From: Candidatus Latescibacterota bacterium
Lineage (GTDB): Bacteria > Latescibacterota > UBA2968 > UBA8231
Direction of reading: 5' to 3'
Assembly: GCA_965205655.1 (NCBI GenBank)
Contig: CBDBIJ010000069.1
Location: forward strand, 1 to 21,540
DNA: 21,540 bases
This document shows positions 7,294 through 18,891 of the stretch, piece by piece. Under the pieces are notes generated by a model. The model was not told the DNA's origin. It made no database searches and worked only from the letters and a program-made list of their open reading frames with translations. The position numbers and the translations under genes are program-made. How positions within the stretch are numbered: position 1 is the first letter of the stretch; every line of letters begins with the position of its first letter.

Positions 7294-10200
7294 TTAGTCG
7301 TCAGCCTGCGCCTCGTTAAACAAGTCGACGAAGAGAAAGAAATCGTCGAACGTCACCCTGCCGTCTCCGTCGAGATCGAAGACAGGGTCCCAATCAAGAT
7401 GGACGACGGTCAGGCCGATGTGATCGGCGAGGAGAAAGAAATCCTCGAGGCCGATTTTGCCGCTGCCATTGAAATCGCCAGCCTCTGGTTCGGGGAGGGG
7501 CGGAAGCACCCGTACAATCACCGATCCGGAATCGAAGTCGCCTTGTGAATCCTCGGCGCGGAAGGTAACTCGACTCTCTCCTTCGAACCCCCCGGCCGCT
7601 CTGACAGTGGCGATACGGCTCGGTTGATCCACACTCACCGTCAGGCCGCTGTCGGCCTCAGCACTCCAAGAGATGAAGCTGGCAGGGGTGTCGTCGCTAA
7701 CATGGAGGTCCAGCCTGAGCTGCTGAAAGCCCCCGCTGGGGAATTCGAGCTGCGAAGGGAGATCGACGACCGGAGCCGTGTTGCCGGGTGCCAGGGAGGT
7801 GTCGGGAAGCTCCGGCAGCCCGTTTCCTGATGAGGTGTCGACGACGACGTCGACGAACACGTCGACGACGAAGATGCCCGTGCCGGTGTCCCCCTGCGCG
7901 TCCGTTGCCTGGAGGCTCACCTCAGACGGTCCCACGAATCCGAGATCTGCCGTCACAGTGAGAAAGCGGTTGACGGTGTCGATGAGCGTCCTCACACCGG
8001 AGTCAGGCTGCGCCGTCCACTGCAGCGAGCTCACAGGCTCATCGTCGAAACCGTAATCGTCGAGGCGGAACTGCGCGGTGCCGCCCTGTTTCAATTTGAA
8101 ACTGTCGAGAAACTCGACTCTCGGCTTCGGGTTCTCGACGGTGACGGAAATCGTATCCCGATCCACTCTGTCCACCTGGTCCCTCGCCTCGAAGAAAATC
8201 TCGCCAGTCCCCTTCCACCCCCCCTCGGGCACGATCGATACGATCCGAGTGTCCGGATTGATGACGACGGCGAAATCCCCCGTTCGTGTCGCCGACCACG
8301 TGATCGATGCCGGGTCGATCTCAGCCAGCAACTGTTGGTCGAGCGGAATCTGCCTTTCTTCACCCGACTCGAAGAGGATGTCCGCTATCGAGGCGATTAT
8401 CCCGGGCCAGGGAGCAACGGACACGAAGAGCGAAACCGAGGCGCTCTCGCCGTCCGGATCAGCTACCTCGATCTCGAGCGTTTCCTCGTACGCCAGGTCT
8501 TGCTGGGTTGTCAGAACGAGGCGACCTCCGTCGACGCTCGCCTCGCCCTGGTTCGGTTCGGTAACCGTCCACACCAGGGTTTCCACCTGATCGTCGGGAT
8601 CGGCGACGAACGGCCGCAGGTCGATGTCGAGGGTATCACCCGCTGTCAGGGCCGTGTCCGCGATGGTGGCGAGCGTGGGAGGCAGATTGATCGCCACGAC
8701 CTCGACGACGACGGTGTCGGTGACGCTGGCGCCACCGAGATCGATAGCTGTGAACGACAGGGTGTCAAATCCCGAAAAGGCGATATCAGGTTCAATCGTG
8801 ACGACCCCCGAGGGATCGATAGTGAGTTTCGTGTTCGGCGTCCCCGTGGCCTGCCAGGTAAAAATGTCGTCCTCCACATCGCTCGCGAACGCCGCGAGGT
8901 TCACGTTCAGACTGCCAGCCTGCAACATGCTCGTGTCGGGTACGGCAAATGTGGGAGGGTCATTGACGGCGGACACGGTGATCTGAACGGTGTCTGTCTG
9001 GGAGATCAGGGAATTGTCTCTCACAGTGAGGATGAGGCTGAATTCACCCGAGCTGTCCGGGGGTGCCCACATCTGCAGTGATCCGGTACCCTGGTCGAAT
9101 GAAATGTCCATTCCAGCCGATGGGGTCAAAGTGAAAGTGAGCTCACCGAAATCGTCGTCCGGGTCGTCGACCTGCGCCTTCAAGTCGATCTCCAGCGTAT
9201 CATCTTCGTCGAAGGCGAGGGCGGTGATGGGGGAGAGGGTGGGCGGATCGTTGACGGACGTAACGTCGATGATCATCTGGTTACTTCCATGAGCTCCGAA
9301 TGGGTCCGTCGCGATGACGGTGATCGTGTCGCGTCCGAACCAATCGGGCTCCGGCTCGAACACGAGGTCGTCGCCGACGAGACTGATCTGAAAGTGGTTG
9401 CTGACGCTCGCAATCGTGAACACGCTGTCATCCGGATCGCTGACAAAGTCGTCAAGGGGTTGACGAAGCTTTCGTCTTCCAGCAGCGTAAAGCTGATGAG
9501 GCTGACCACCGGGGGGTCGTTGAATTTATTCGACGCCACCGACTTGGACACGACCGCCGCCAGGTCTCCCTCCGCCCCGCCCGCCGCGTCGTCAGCGGTT
9601 ATAGTGAAGACCTCGTCATCATTGACGGCCACGTAGGTGACGTTGGTGAATTCAGCCACGCCTGCCACCGCCGTCGTCGTGTTGAACAACAGCGTCCCAG
9701 CCGCTGCCGTGGTCAGCGTTATGAGATCGGTGAAGTCGCTGTCGACGAATCCGAGGTCGTCGAATGCAGTCAACGAGGGCTGGAACAGCAAGGGGTTGCC
9801 GCTCACCGAGCCGCCAGGTTGGGCGGTGAACAGTAACTCGGTCGCCACCACGTCGATGGTAACCCGGTTGGCGTCCAAGGCCGTCAACCGACTCACCCGG
9901 CCCCCCGTCGTCGTCGACAGGTCGCCGATGACGAACCCTACCTTGAAAGCGTGAGACTCGACGGCCTGTGAGTCGATGAGGGCGGAGACCAGGAAATGCC
10001 GAGTCGCGCCGGACATCGGCACGATAGTGGACTCGACGGGAATCGTGAACGGCGTGCCGATCGCCACCGAGGCAGAGTCGATCGAGCCGATCTTGCTGTC
10101 GCCCCCACCGAGGACCGCGTCGCTACTTTCGTAGAGCCTGAACTCGACGAAGTCCGAGTTCGTCAGCCCCGTCGGCGTGCCCAGGTCCGAGACCGTGAGG

Positions 10201-11448
10201 GTGATCGATTTGATCGCGGTGCCGCCATCGCCGGTGAAGGCGACGCGAAAAATCTGCACTTCCCGCGCCGGTCCCACGGTGGTCATTCCAGCCAGACCGA
10301 ATACGTTGTCCGGCACGATGCGGCGGACGCGATGATTGTCGCGATCGGCGATGAAGATGGTCTGCGCGGTGTCGACGAACACGCCTGTGGGACTGCCCAG
10401 CCGAGCCAAATTCGCCGCGCCGCCATTACCGCCGAAAGCGAAGGTCCCGTCACCGGCAAGGGTGGTGATGTTTCCGACCGTGTTTATCTTCCGGACCCGA
10501 TGGTTGAAGGTGTCCGTCACGTAGATGTTTCCCACAGTGTCTCCGAAAACCGTCTCCGGGAAGGCGAACTGGGCGTTGGTCGGTATGTCGCCGTCGCCGG
10601 AAAAGCCGGCAGGGGACATGCCGGCGAATGTGGCGATGGTGCTGTCAACGGTTGAAATCGTGCGGATGCGGTGGTTATTGGTGTCGGCGATGAAGACGGT
10701 TCCAATCGTGTCTACGAACACACTGGATGGCCCGTCGAGCCGAGCCATGGAAGCCGGTCCACCATCGCCGGAGAATCCGCTCGTGCTATCACCGGCAACG
10801 GTGGTGATCGTCGTTCCGATGACCCGGCGGATGCGATTGTTCCCGGTATCCGCGATATACATCACTCCGGCGCCAGTCACAAACACCCCGGACGGCGCGT
10901 TCAGTTGCGCCGCCGTCGCTACGCCGCCGTCGCCGGAGAATCCCGAGATGCCGTTCCCGGCAACCGTGGAAACGGTGCCCGCCGGCGTGATCAGCCGAAT
11001 GGCGTGATTGCCCGAGTCGGCAACATAGAGCGAGCCCGCCGGAGTGGCGAAGAGGCCGGTAGGGGTGTTGAACTGGGCCGCCGCGGCGGCCCCATCGGCA
11101 AAGCGCGGCACTCCGGTGCCGGCATGGGTGCTGATCGGATTGAGCGCCGAGCCCATCGTGCGAATGCGGTGATTACCAGTGTCGGCGATGTAGAGGTTCC
11201 CCAGGAGGTCGCCGAACACGCTCGACGGCAGATTGAGCTGCGCGTCGGGAGGGAAGGCCGCCATCACCGGAGAATCCCGCGGTACCGGTGCCGGCGAGGG
11301 TGGAGATCGTCTGCGCCTTCGTCGGCAGCGAAGACAGCGCTAGACACATGGCGACGCAGCCGAGACTAAGGCGGCGGCCAGCTGATGGAGCCAGCGGGCC
11401 CGTACCATAGCTGGATGGGCGCGCATTCGATTGGAAGCCCGAGTTCAT
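7294..11448 (-). CDS. Large secreted protein (~1380 aa): signal peptide, 6 NHL repeats (beta-propeller), Ig-like region, cadherin-like/tandem-95 repeats, C-terminal dockerin-like double EF-hand; split by two apparent frameshifts (~11250, ~9457)
   Basis: ORFs 11173..11448, 9273..11267 and 7294..9423 join across single shifts. Six GFSGDGG...YIADTGNHRIR-type repeats; VNDPP/INLPP...DPDD repeats; terminal GDFNGSGKIGLEDFFLLADHIG...FDLDGDGRVTFDDFFLFVDLF. Confidence 0.85.
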
Positions 11449-11482
11449 ATCCCTCGATTCAAATTAAAGGAATGCTCCCCTA

Positions 11483-12659
11483 GTGTATTGTCGTATAAAT
11501 AACTTGTACTAGTACAGTTGTGTGGTTAAGTTTCATCCAGACCTATTCCACAAACAAGGAACGGAGGAAACTCATGCCACGCGGACGCTTTCTTCCACCT
11601 CTCGAAATGACGGGGCAAACTCGGCAGCAATTGGAATCAATGGCCAAATCTCGATCCCTGCCGCACGGTTTGGTGCGACGCGCCGAGATCGTGTTGCTGG
11701 CCGCCGAGGGATGGCCCAACAAGGCCATCGGCGAAGCTGTGGGGCTGTCACAAGTGACCGTCGGCAAGTGGCGTCGTCGCTTCGTGGAAAACGGCCTCAA
11801 CGGGTTGTACGACGAGCTGCGACCCGGTGCGCCCCGATCGATCTCGGACGAACAAGTGGCCGAGGTGGTATACAAGACACTGAAGACCAAGCCGGAGGAC
11901 AAAACCCAGTGGACGGTGCGCTCCATGGGCGAGGAGACCGGCCTGACCAAGGACGCGGTCCATCGCATCTGGCGCACATTCGGCTTACAGCCGCACCGGA
12001 CCCAGAATTTCAAGCTGTCCACTGATCCTTTCTTCGTGGATAAGGTGCGCGATGTTGTGGGCTTGTATCTCAACCCGCCCGACCATGCCGTCGTCCTGTG
12101 CGTTGACGAGAAGAGCCAAGTGCAGGCTCTGGAGCGCAGTCAGCCGTTGCTGCCGCTGGGCCTGGGCTACGCGGAGGGCGTCACCCACGACTACAAGCGA
12201 CACGGCACCACAACGCTGTTTGCCGCTCTGGATGTGGCCACCGGTGAAGTCCTGACTCAGTGCAAGCCTCGTCATCGCCATCAGGAGTTTTTGCAGTTCC
12301 TACGCCATATCGACGCGAACGTGCCTGCGGATCTGGACGTTCACTTGATCGTCGACAACTACGGCACCCACAAGTACGCCAGCGTCAAGAAGTGGTTGGC
12401 CAGCCGGCCCCGATTCCACCTCCACTTTACTCCGACCTACGCCTCGTGGCTCAACCAGGTCGAGATCTGGTTCAACATCATCACGCGGCGAGCCATCCGG
12501 CGTGGCTCATTCCGCAAGGTCAAAGAGCTCATTCAGAGGATCGAGCGCTACACCGACAAATGGAACGCCAACGCCCATCCCTTTGGGTGGACGGCCACGG
12601 CCGACTCGATCCTTGCCAAGGTCAAACGAATATGTCAATGTATTTCTGCGACGGAACAC
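11483..12659 (+). mobile_element. IS630-family insertion sequence (~1177 bp), TA duplication at a CTAG target
   Basis: Imperfect IRs GTGTATTGTCGTATAAATAACTTG and (reverse complement) GTGTTCCGTCGCAGAAATACATTG, flanked by TA at 11481-11482 and 12660-12661. Lies in the intergenic region between two divergent surface-protein genes. Confidence 0.92.
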
Positions 12660-12662
12660 TAG
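11574..12662 (+). CDS. IS630-family transposase (intact, ~362 aa)
   Basis: GGAGG RBS before ATG 11574; HTH ([15 protein letters not shown]); DDE motifs VDEKS, IVDNY, WLNQVE. The TAG stop codon is formed by the target site. Confidence 0.95.
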   Translation: MPRGRFLPPLEMTGQTRQQLESMAKSRSLPHGLVRRAEIVLLAAEGWPNKAIGEAVGLSQVTVGKWRRRFVENGLNGLYDELRPGAPRSISDEQVAEVVYKTLKTKPEDKTQWTVRSMGEETGLTKDAVHRIWRTFGLQPHRTQNFKLSTDPFFVDKVRDVVGLYLNPPDHAVVLCVDEKSQVQALERSQPLLPLGLGYAEGVTHDYKRHGTTTLFAALDVATGEVLTQCKPRHRHQEFLQFLRHIDANVPADLDVHLIVDNYGTHKYASVKKWLASRPRFHLHFTPTYASWLNQVEIWFNIITRRAIRRGSFRKVKELIQRIERYTDKWNANAHPFGWTATADSILAKVKRICQCISATEH

Positions 12663-12721
12663 CGCGATAACTACTAATAGCGTCCTCAACGTCTATATAT
12701 ATCGTAATTATTCTGAAAAAC

Positions 12722-14709
12722 ATGAGAATTTTCAATCACTTAGCCATTATCGGCCTGATTGTGCCGAGCCTCGTGTCCGGCCAGTCGGCCCGGCAGTCTC
12801 CGGCTGCTCTGGGCACCATTCCAAAGGGCGCTACCGACACCAATCACTTCTGGCAGCGCCTCGTCATCGACCTCACCCGCATTCCATCGGCGGGAGACGG
12901 GATCACGATCAATATGCCGACGGGGGTGTGGGTGGCTGACGTGGATGGCGACGGCAGTGTTGCGGGGGAGATCTCGGTCGATAGCGACGTGGCCGACAAC
13001 ACGGGCTACAACTCGGCCGCCGGCTCCGATTCGAGCCGTATCCAACTGACGACTCCAACAGGAGGCAATGTCGGTTCCGTGCACGTCCAGTTTCCGATCG
13101 CCACGGAGGCGGCGCCGACGTCGGCCAGCGTCGTTTACGGTCTCATCACCTTCACCAATTCCGGGGAGACGTCCATTCCGGCGGGCACTATAGGCCTGCT
13201 GTATGCAGAGCCGTATCAGCTCAGTCTGGCCAGCTACAGCCAGCTCTTCGTCGACGGCGTGGCAGATACGACGACGAATCGGCAGGGCGACGGTTATCCG
13301 GAATTGGCAGCGCCGGCCTTCAGCGTCGGTCTCCCGGACCTCGTAAGCGATCGCAGGGGGAGCCTCGCCAGCAGCCTCTTCGCAACTGCAGGCGTACCCT
13401 ACGCAGATTCCGACGACAGTAATGATGTGACATACGGGTTCTGGTTCTCGGCCACCGATTCGCTCACACGGGTGGATACGACCACGGCCAGCGTCGCCCT
13501 GGACCGCACAACGCAGATGCCGGCCACAGCGAATGAGTGGGATGTGGCCGACCTCTCGTTCGATGTCACGGGCCTGGCCGTGGGCACCTATTACATGTAC
13601 ACCACCTCGAATCTCACTGCTGCGTTTCCGCTGGTCAGAAGTCGCGGCATTACCGTCCAGCACGAGCCGACGGTGCTGTCGGTGGGCCAATTTTCCGGCG
13701 GCGATGCCGATTTTCTCGACTCCGGCTTCCTCTTGAACGTCGATACTGGAGCGCCCGACATCGTAGCCAACGCGAGGGACCAACTCAGTATCGCCTTCGA
13801 TGTCGTCGACTACGACGACAGCGCATCTGTGCGCCTGTTTTACGCAACGACAGACACCCTGGACACCACCGAGGTGACGACGTCCGGTACGGCCCCGAAT
13901 CGAATTATCACAGGCCTCACCGGTGCTGTGAACGTCGATAGCACAGCCTCACTGCTGGAGGGTGTCGACTCCGCACTCACGTGGTCGATCGCGCTGAGCG
14001 ACACGGATTTCGTGGCCGCCGGAGACTACTACGTCTACGCCGTCGTTCTCGACGGAACAGATCTGGCGATCGGCATCAGTGACTACACCTACGACGTGAG
14101 GCACTCGCCATCATCGCCTTGGACGAACGCACCGATAGGATGATCGAAACTGGCGGCGCCAGCCCCGAACGCTACTACGACATCACCTGGAACCAGGACA
14201 ACGGCATCGACGGGGACATCGATCGCGACAACAGCGCGCTCATCTCCATGTTCTACAGCGACAGCGACAGTTTCGCCGTTCGGGAGGGGTCCAGGATCTC
14301 CAGACGGCCGCAGCCGATCCAAGTCAGGACACCCATCTCATCGCATCCGGCCTGAGCGAGGATGTGGACGGCCGCGAGAACAACCGTTACGTCTGGGACT
14401 GTGGACCTACTCCAACCCGGACGACGGTGGGAGCCCTCAGGCAGGCGTCCCATACTACCTGTACAGTGTCATATCCGGAGGTGGGACGGAGCGTATCGTT
14501 CGTTGGGAAGATGGCGCCGGCGTCGGCCGTAGTCTGCAGTTTACTCACTCTCCGCACCTTCGTTTGTTCAGCCCAGCGGAACCAATGGCCGTCGACGGCC
14601 GCCAGAGTTTTCGCGTCGCCTGGGAGGCGCGGGACGTGGATGACGGTGCCGGCATCTGGGTCGTCCTCGTGCCGCAGAGTGCCGGTCTAGCTCTTGGCGC
14701 GGATATTAG
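12722..14709 (+). pseudogene. 5' segment of a large secreted protein gene (12722..19578, ~1350 aa when ISs are removed): signal peptide and repeated Ig-like modules
   Basis: Signal peptide MRIFNHLAIIGLIVPSLVSG. Coding sequence can be followed through single-base shifts at ~14110, ~14281 and ~14399 up to ...GLALGADI at the IS1380 boundary. Confidence 0.8.
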
Positions 14710-16262
14710 CCTTGATTCGGCATTAACTCGGTGAAATTTTGGCTGTTCAGTGCGCGCCATTCGGCGGTGAATTTGAGAATCTCCCATAGCAAAAAGGCCT
14801 TTCGTTCCGGTTATTCGGAAGTGGCGATACTCCCTTTTCACCAAAAACGAAAGGCCACGTACCGTGAGACGAAAGAAAGCGGATTTGAGGACGCGCGTCA
14901 ACCACAATTTGGCCGTCGAATTCACCGCCGAAGGCCTCACTTCGTATGCCGGTTTGGAGCTGTTGATCCGGTATTTGCGCGGCATCGGATGGAACCGTCA
15001 ATTGCGTCGGCACCTGTCTGCCGTCGTTCCGGGCAGTGATTTCGGCATGGTAGGTCTGTGTCGGGTGCTCCTCGGTCTGCTGGTGGTGGGTGGCCGTCGA
15101 CTGCGACATCTGGGCTTCTTGCAAGGAGATCCTTTGCTGCAGCGGTTTTGCGGTCTGAAAGACCTGCCCACCGACGGCAGTGTCAGCCGCTGGCTCAAAC
15201 GCTTCACGGTGGGCGCCGAAGAGGCGTTGAAAACGCTCAACGCCGATGTCGTCGCCGGGGTGATCGGTCTGTTGAAGGCCCGCACACTGAGCATCGACAT
15301 CGATGGCACGGTGCTGTGCACCGGCCACAAGGTCGGCGGTGCCTGCCGTGGGTACAACCCGCATCATCGCAAGGTCCCCAGTTACTATCCCATCACCGCT
15401 TACCTGGCCGACAGCGGTCATTTTCTCCGGCTCCACAACCGTCCGGGCAACGTCAACGATGGCGCTTCCTCCATCCCATTTCTACAGGCGGTGTTCGAGC
15501 AAATCGAACAGACCCTGGGGCGCTCATACCGGCTGCGATTTCGCATGGACGGCGCCTTTTTCAGAGAGGATGTGATGGCGACGCTGGATGCTCATCGCGC
15601 CCAGTATGCTATCAAGGTGCCGTTCTGGCGCTGCCTGGACCTGCAAACCCAGATCCGCCAACGTCGTCGTTGGCAGCGCGTCGAAGACGGCATCGACGGC
15701 TTCTTTTCTTCGGTCAAGGTCTGCAAGTGGAAACGCACCCTTAACGTGGTCATCTTTCGCAAGCGGGTGATGCATCGCACGCGCAAGAATTACCAGTTGG
15801 ACCTGTTCGAGCCGGATAAACGGCACCTGGGAATACTCCGCGCTGGCCACCAACCTACCTTTCGATGCAAAAATCGCTCTGGCGCTTCATGGGTGGTCGC
15901 GGCCTACACGAAAAAGCCATCGGCGAACTCAAGACGGGGCTGGCCTTCGACGCCATTCCCACGGATGACTACCGGGCCAACAGCGTCTGGCAACAATTTG
16001 TCGTGCTGGCGCACAATCTCCTAGCCAATTTCCAGATCGAATCCGGGCTAATAAAGCGCCACCGAACCAGGAAGAATACCGCCCGCTGGGCCCTGAAATC
16101 CGTGCGCACGCTACGTTTCGAGCTGTTCAACCGCGCCGGACACTTGATGCACCCGGAAGGACGAGCCACTTTGCGTCTGCAACGCAACAAGAAGGCCGAA
16201 AAACAGTTCCGAAAAATCAGCGCAGCTCTACGAAAAGTCGCCTGATTTTTGCCGAATCAAGG
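14710..16262 (+). mobile_element. IS1380-family insertion sequence (~1553 bp), 4-bp TTAG target duplication
   Basis: Perfect 13-bp IR CCTTGATTCGGCA / TGCCGAATCAAGG; TTAG at 14706-14709 and 16263-16266. Removing the IS and one TTAG restores the host frame (ADI-SYADLETDAAPEW). Confidence 0.92.
14864..16245 (+). CDS. IS1380-family transposase (two apparent +1 A insertions at ~15819 and ~15870)
   Basis: LTSYAGL, IDIDGT, YYPITAYLA, RPGNVND, FRMDGAF, and after correction ATNL...RGLHEKAIGELK...ANSVWQQFVVLAHNL...TLRFELFNRAG. Confidence 0.9.
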
Positions 16263-17644
16263 TTAGCTACGCCGATCTCGAGACCGATGCTGCACCGGAG
16301 TGGATCGCCACCTCGAGCGACGGCTCGGCGGACAGCGCCAGCCCGCTGAGCGAGGACACCGCCAGCGACTTCTCCGTGCGGCCCGCGATGCTGGTCAGCG
16401 ATCGGAGCGGTACGGCCAATCCGCTCCCGGACGGTGAGTACTACGTCTACGTCGTCATCGACCCGGATAACGGGACCCCCCCCACCGTGGCCAGCAGCGT
16501 CCGTCGCGCCCCCGGCCTGGTCACCGTAGAGGGCCTTGCTCCCGATGGTGCTATGGGGCTGTTGGCCCCAACTATAGAAGTTCTGCCGGCTCACACGGCG
16601 ATGACTGTGACTGGGGACACGATGAGCTTCGAGATTCGACCCCACTTCGCCGGCAACACCGTGGATGTGGTCGCCACCTTTCTCAGCATCGACACGACAT
16701 TCGTACGGGTGGTGGACCAGGATGCAGCGGTAACGGGAATCCAACCGTTTGTCGTAGACGCAAGCCAGCCGGGGTTGACACTACACAACTCCCACCAGGC
16801 GGGAGCTGACAGTGTCACAACCGGCCGTTGGCTGCTCGATCTGGTGTACTTCGAGCAAGCGGGAACCGACCGCTTCGACGGCAGCTCGGTCCTGGCGACC
16901 GTCGAGCTCGTCTCCAAGGACTCCGTCGGGACGGTCGGGCTCGGCATGGACAACCTGGCACAGCGTGTGAGCGTCCTCTATCGCGAAGGTGTCGTGCTGG
17001 CGGCGGTACCGCCTTTTCAAGTGTCCCAGATCGACATCCGGCCCCGCGGCCGAGTCGATGGCCGGGTTCGCTTCGAGGGCCGCACCGATCACACGGCTGA
17101 AATAACCGTGCTTCTCCGGGATCAGAACAGCTCCGTCGCCATAACCGATTCGCTGTTCGCCGCAGTCAATGACGTGAATGCTACCAAGTCAGGAGTACAG
17201 GATTCGACTGACTCCGACGGCAGTTTTACACTGACCAAGATTCCCCGCGGCCGATACCATCTCGCCGTCCACCTCGATCGATACCTGGACGGACAGGTGC
17301 GCGGTCTGGAGGTCGATCCAGGTGATCACTTCACCGACGTCATGCCGACGTTTTTGGCCGACGGGATCACAGCCTCTGAATTCTTGCTGGGTGGCGACGT
17401 GACAGGGTATATCGATTCGAGCGGAGCGGCTTTGACAGACAACGAAATCGATCAGCTGGATGTGGACTTCGTGGTCAGCTTCTTCGGTCAGGCGACAACG
17501 CCGGCGCACGCCGGCATGCTGGCCGATATCGACGGCGACAGCCTCGTGTGGGTGAACGACCTCAACATGGTTGCCGCCAATTTCAGCAAGGCCGGCCCAG
17601 AGCCCGTATACAAGCGGCCGCCGAGCGACTCCGCGGAAACACCC
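16263..17644 (+). pseudogene. Middle segment of the interrupted secreted protein: cohesin-like domain, carboxypeptidase-regulatory-like beta-sandwich, dockerin-like domain
   Basis: ORF 16376..17713: FLSIDTTFVRVVDQDAAVTGIQPF...GSSVLATVEL (cohesin-like); TDSDGSFTLTKIPRGRYHL; GGDVTG...DNEIDQLDVDFVVSFFG...ADIDGDSLVWVNDLNMVAANF (dockerin-like Ca-binding loops). Confidence 0.75.
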
Positions 17645-17658
17645 CGCGAGTTCAACCA

Positions 17659-17692
17659 GTCAACGCAACACCTTCGTCAACGCAACACCTTC
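17659..17692. repeat. 17-bp tandem duplication at the IS30 end
   Basis: GTCAACGCAACACCTTC x2 (17659-17675 and 17676-17692). Confidence 0.95.
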
Positions 17693-18829
17693 ATTGAATC
17701 GTTCTGCGGGTGAAACGAACCCCAACGTCTTCCGCGGGCGCTGGTTCAGTTGAAGAGCGACTCTGTTCAGGTCGGCTTGGGAGAATGGCGACAGATCGGT
17801 CTTCCTCGGGAAGTACTGTCGAAGAAGGCGATTCGTGTTCTCATTTGTGCCTCGTTGCCAGGGACTCTGAGGATCACAGAAATACACCTCGACGTCAGTT
17901 GCGATCGAGAACTCCTTGTGCCGAGCTAGCTCCATTCCTCGATCCCAGGTAAGGGACAACCGCACCGCGGAGGGGAGTCGTTTCACCTGGCTGATCAGCG
18001 CTCTGACAACGGTCTCGGTGTCTTTGCCGTTGAGCTTCACGAGCATCGTGAACCGAGACTGCCGCTCCACCAACGTGGCGATGTGCGTGTTGTTCGACCT
18101 CGAGATCAAGTCTCCCTCCCAGTGGCCGGGAACGGCGCGGTCCTCGATCTCGGCAGGCCGCTCGCTGATGGATACGGCGTCGACGATCCGGCCTCTCGGC
18201 TGATCGCGTGTGCTTGCCTTCTTGGATCGCCGCATCATCCTTCGCGTCCGCAGATGCGCAATGAGGTCCTTGTTGAGTGCCCCGCGTGCCTGGATGAAGA
18301 GAGTTCGATAGATCGTTTCGTGGGATATCTGCATATTTCCTAAAAGCGCATACTCCCGCTTCAGCCATCCCGATATCTGCTCAGGTGACCACTTCAGGCG
18401 TAGCTTGTCCGCCACGACTCGCCGCAAACGAAGATTGGATGCGAGTCGGCAGCATTTCGGCCGGCTGGCGCGCGTCCAGGCTGCTTGGTCGGCGACGTTT
18501 GCTCGGTACCTTTGCCGCCCGCCATTGCGGGCAATCTCTCGGCTAACCGTCGAGGGTGCACGCTCAACAGCGGCCGCAATTATTCGTATCGATTTTCCCG
18601 CAGCGATACCTCGAGAGATCTCTTCACGCTCTTCCCAGGCAAGAGCCCATCGAGAGCGTCGACGCGGCATTGGTACGATGCCCCCATTGGCGGTGATGAC
18701 ACCATGAATCGACGCCGGATGCTTCCCGAGCGCCCGACCAATATCGCTATGCGACTGGCCGCTCTTCCATCGACGCCATACCTCCGACTTCTGTGACGCG
18801 GACAATCCTGGTCGTCCCATTTGAGCCAT
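17660..18829 (-). CDS. IS30-family transposase
   Basis: EREEISRG, RAPSTVSREIARN, WSPEQIS, ISHETIY, GHWEGDLI, LTWDRG, PWQRGTNENTNRLLRQYFP, LNQRPRKTLG. Start at 18829 is preferred over 18838 by AGGAG spacing. Confidence 0.95.
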   Translation of the reverse strand: MAQMGRPGLSASQKSEVWRRWKSGQSHSDIGRALGKHPASIHGVITANGGIVPMPRRRSRWALAWEEREEISRGIAAGKSIRIIAAAVERAPSTVSREIARNGGRQRYRANVADQAAWTRASRPKCCRLASNLRLRRVVADKLRLKWSPEQISGWLKREYALLGNMQISHETIYRTLFIQARGALNKDLIAHLRTRRMMRRSKKASTRDQPRGRIVDAVSISERPAEIEDRAVPGHWEGDLISRSNNTHIATLVERQSRFTMLVKLNGKDTETVVRALISQVKRLPSAVRLSLTWDRGMELARHKEFSIATDVEVYFCDPQSPWQRGTNENTNRLLRQYFPRKTDLSPFSQADLNRVALQLNQRPRKTLGFVSPAERFNEGVALTKVLR

Positions 18830-18891
18830 GTGCAACATCTCCTATGATTAGATTAATGGGGAGAATGTTGCATTGACCGATTGAATATACC

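Larger units (their letters stand above)
17645..18891 (-). mobile_element. IS30-family insertion sequence (~1247 bp), 2-bp CC target duplication
   Basis: 26-bp IRs CGCGAGTTCAACCAGTCAACGCAACA and (reverse complement) GGTATATTCAATCGGTCAATGCAACA match the IS30 IR pattern. CC at 17643-17644 and 18892-18893; removal restores the host frame ...SAETP-TLLLTPEE. Confidence 0.92.

Noticed and set aside
7836..7872. GTCGAC-rich repetitive, palindromic stretch
   Set aside because: Explained by Val/Asp codons (VVDVFVDVVVD) in a GC-rich gene.
10300..11310. Recurring TCGCCGGAGAATCC-like DNA repeats
   Set aside because: These are the coding repeats of the NHL blades (GFSGDGG), not a non-coding array.
12740..13783. 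347-aa minus-strand ORF and other long antisense ORFs over the surface-protein and transposase genes
   Set aside because: Typical stop-poor antisense frames of high-GC coding DNA, with no motifs.
15810..15880. Programmed ribosomal frameshift in the IS1380 transposase
   Set aside because: Two separate +1 A insertions are needed to restore the frame, IS1380 transposases are normally single ORFs, and similar indels occur across the window.
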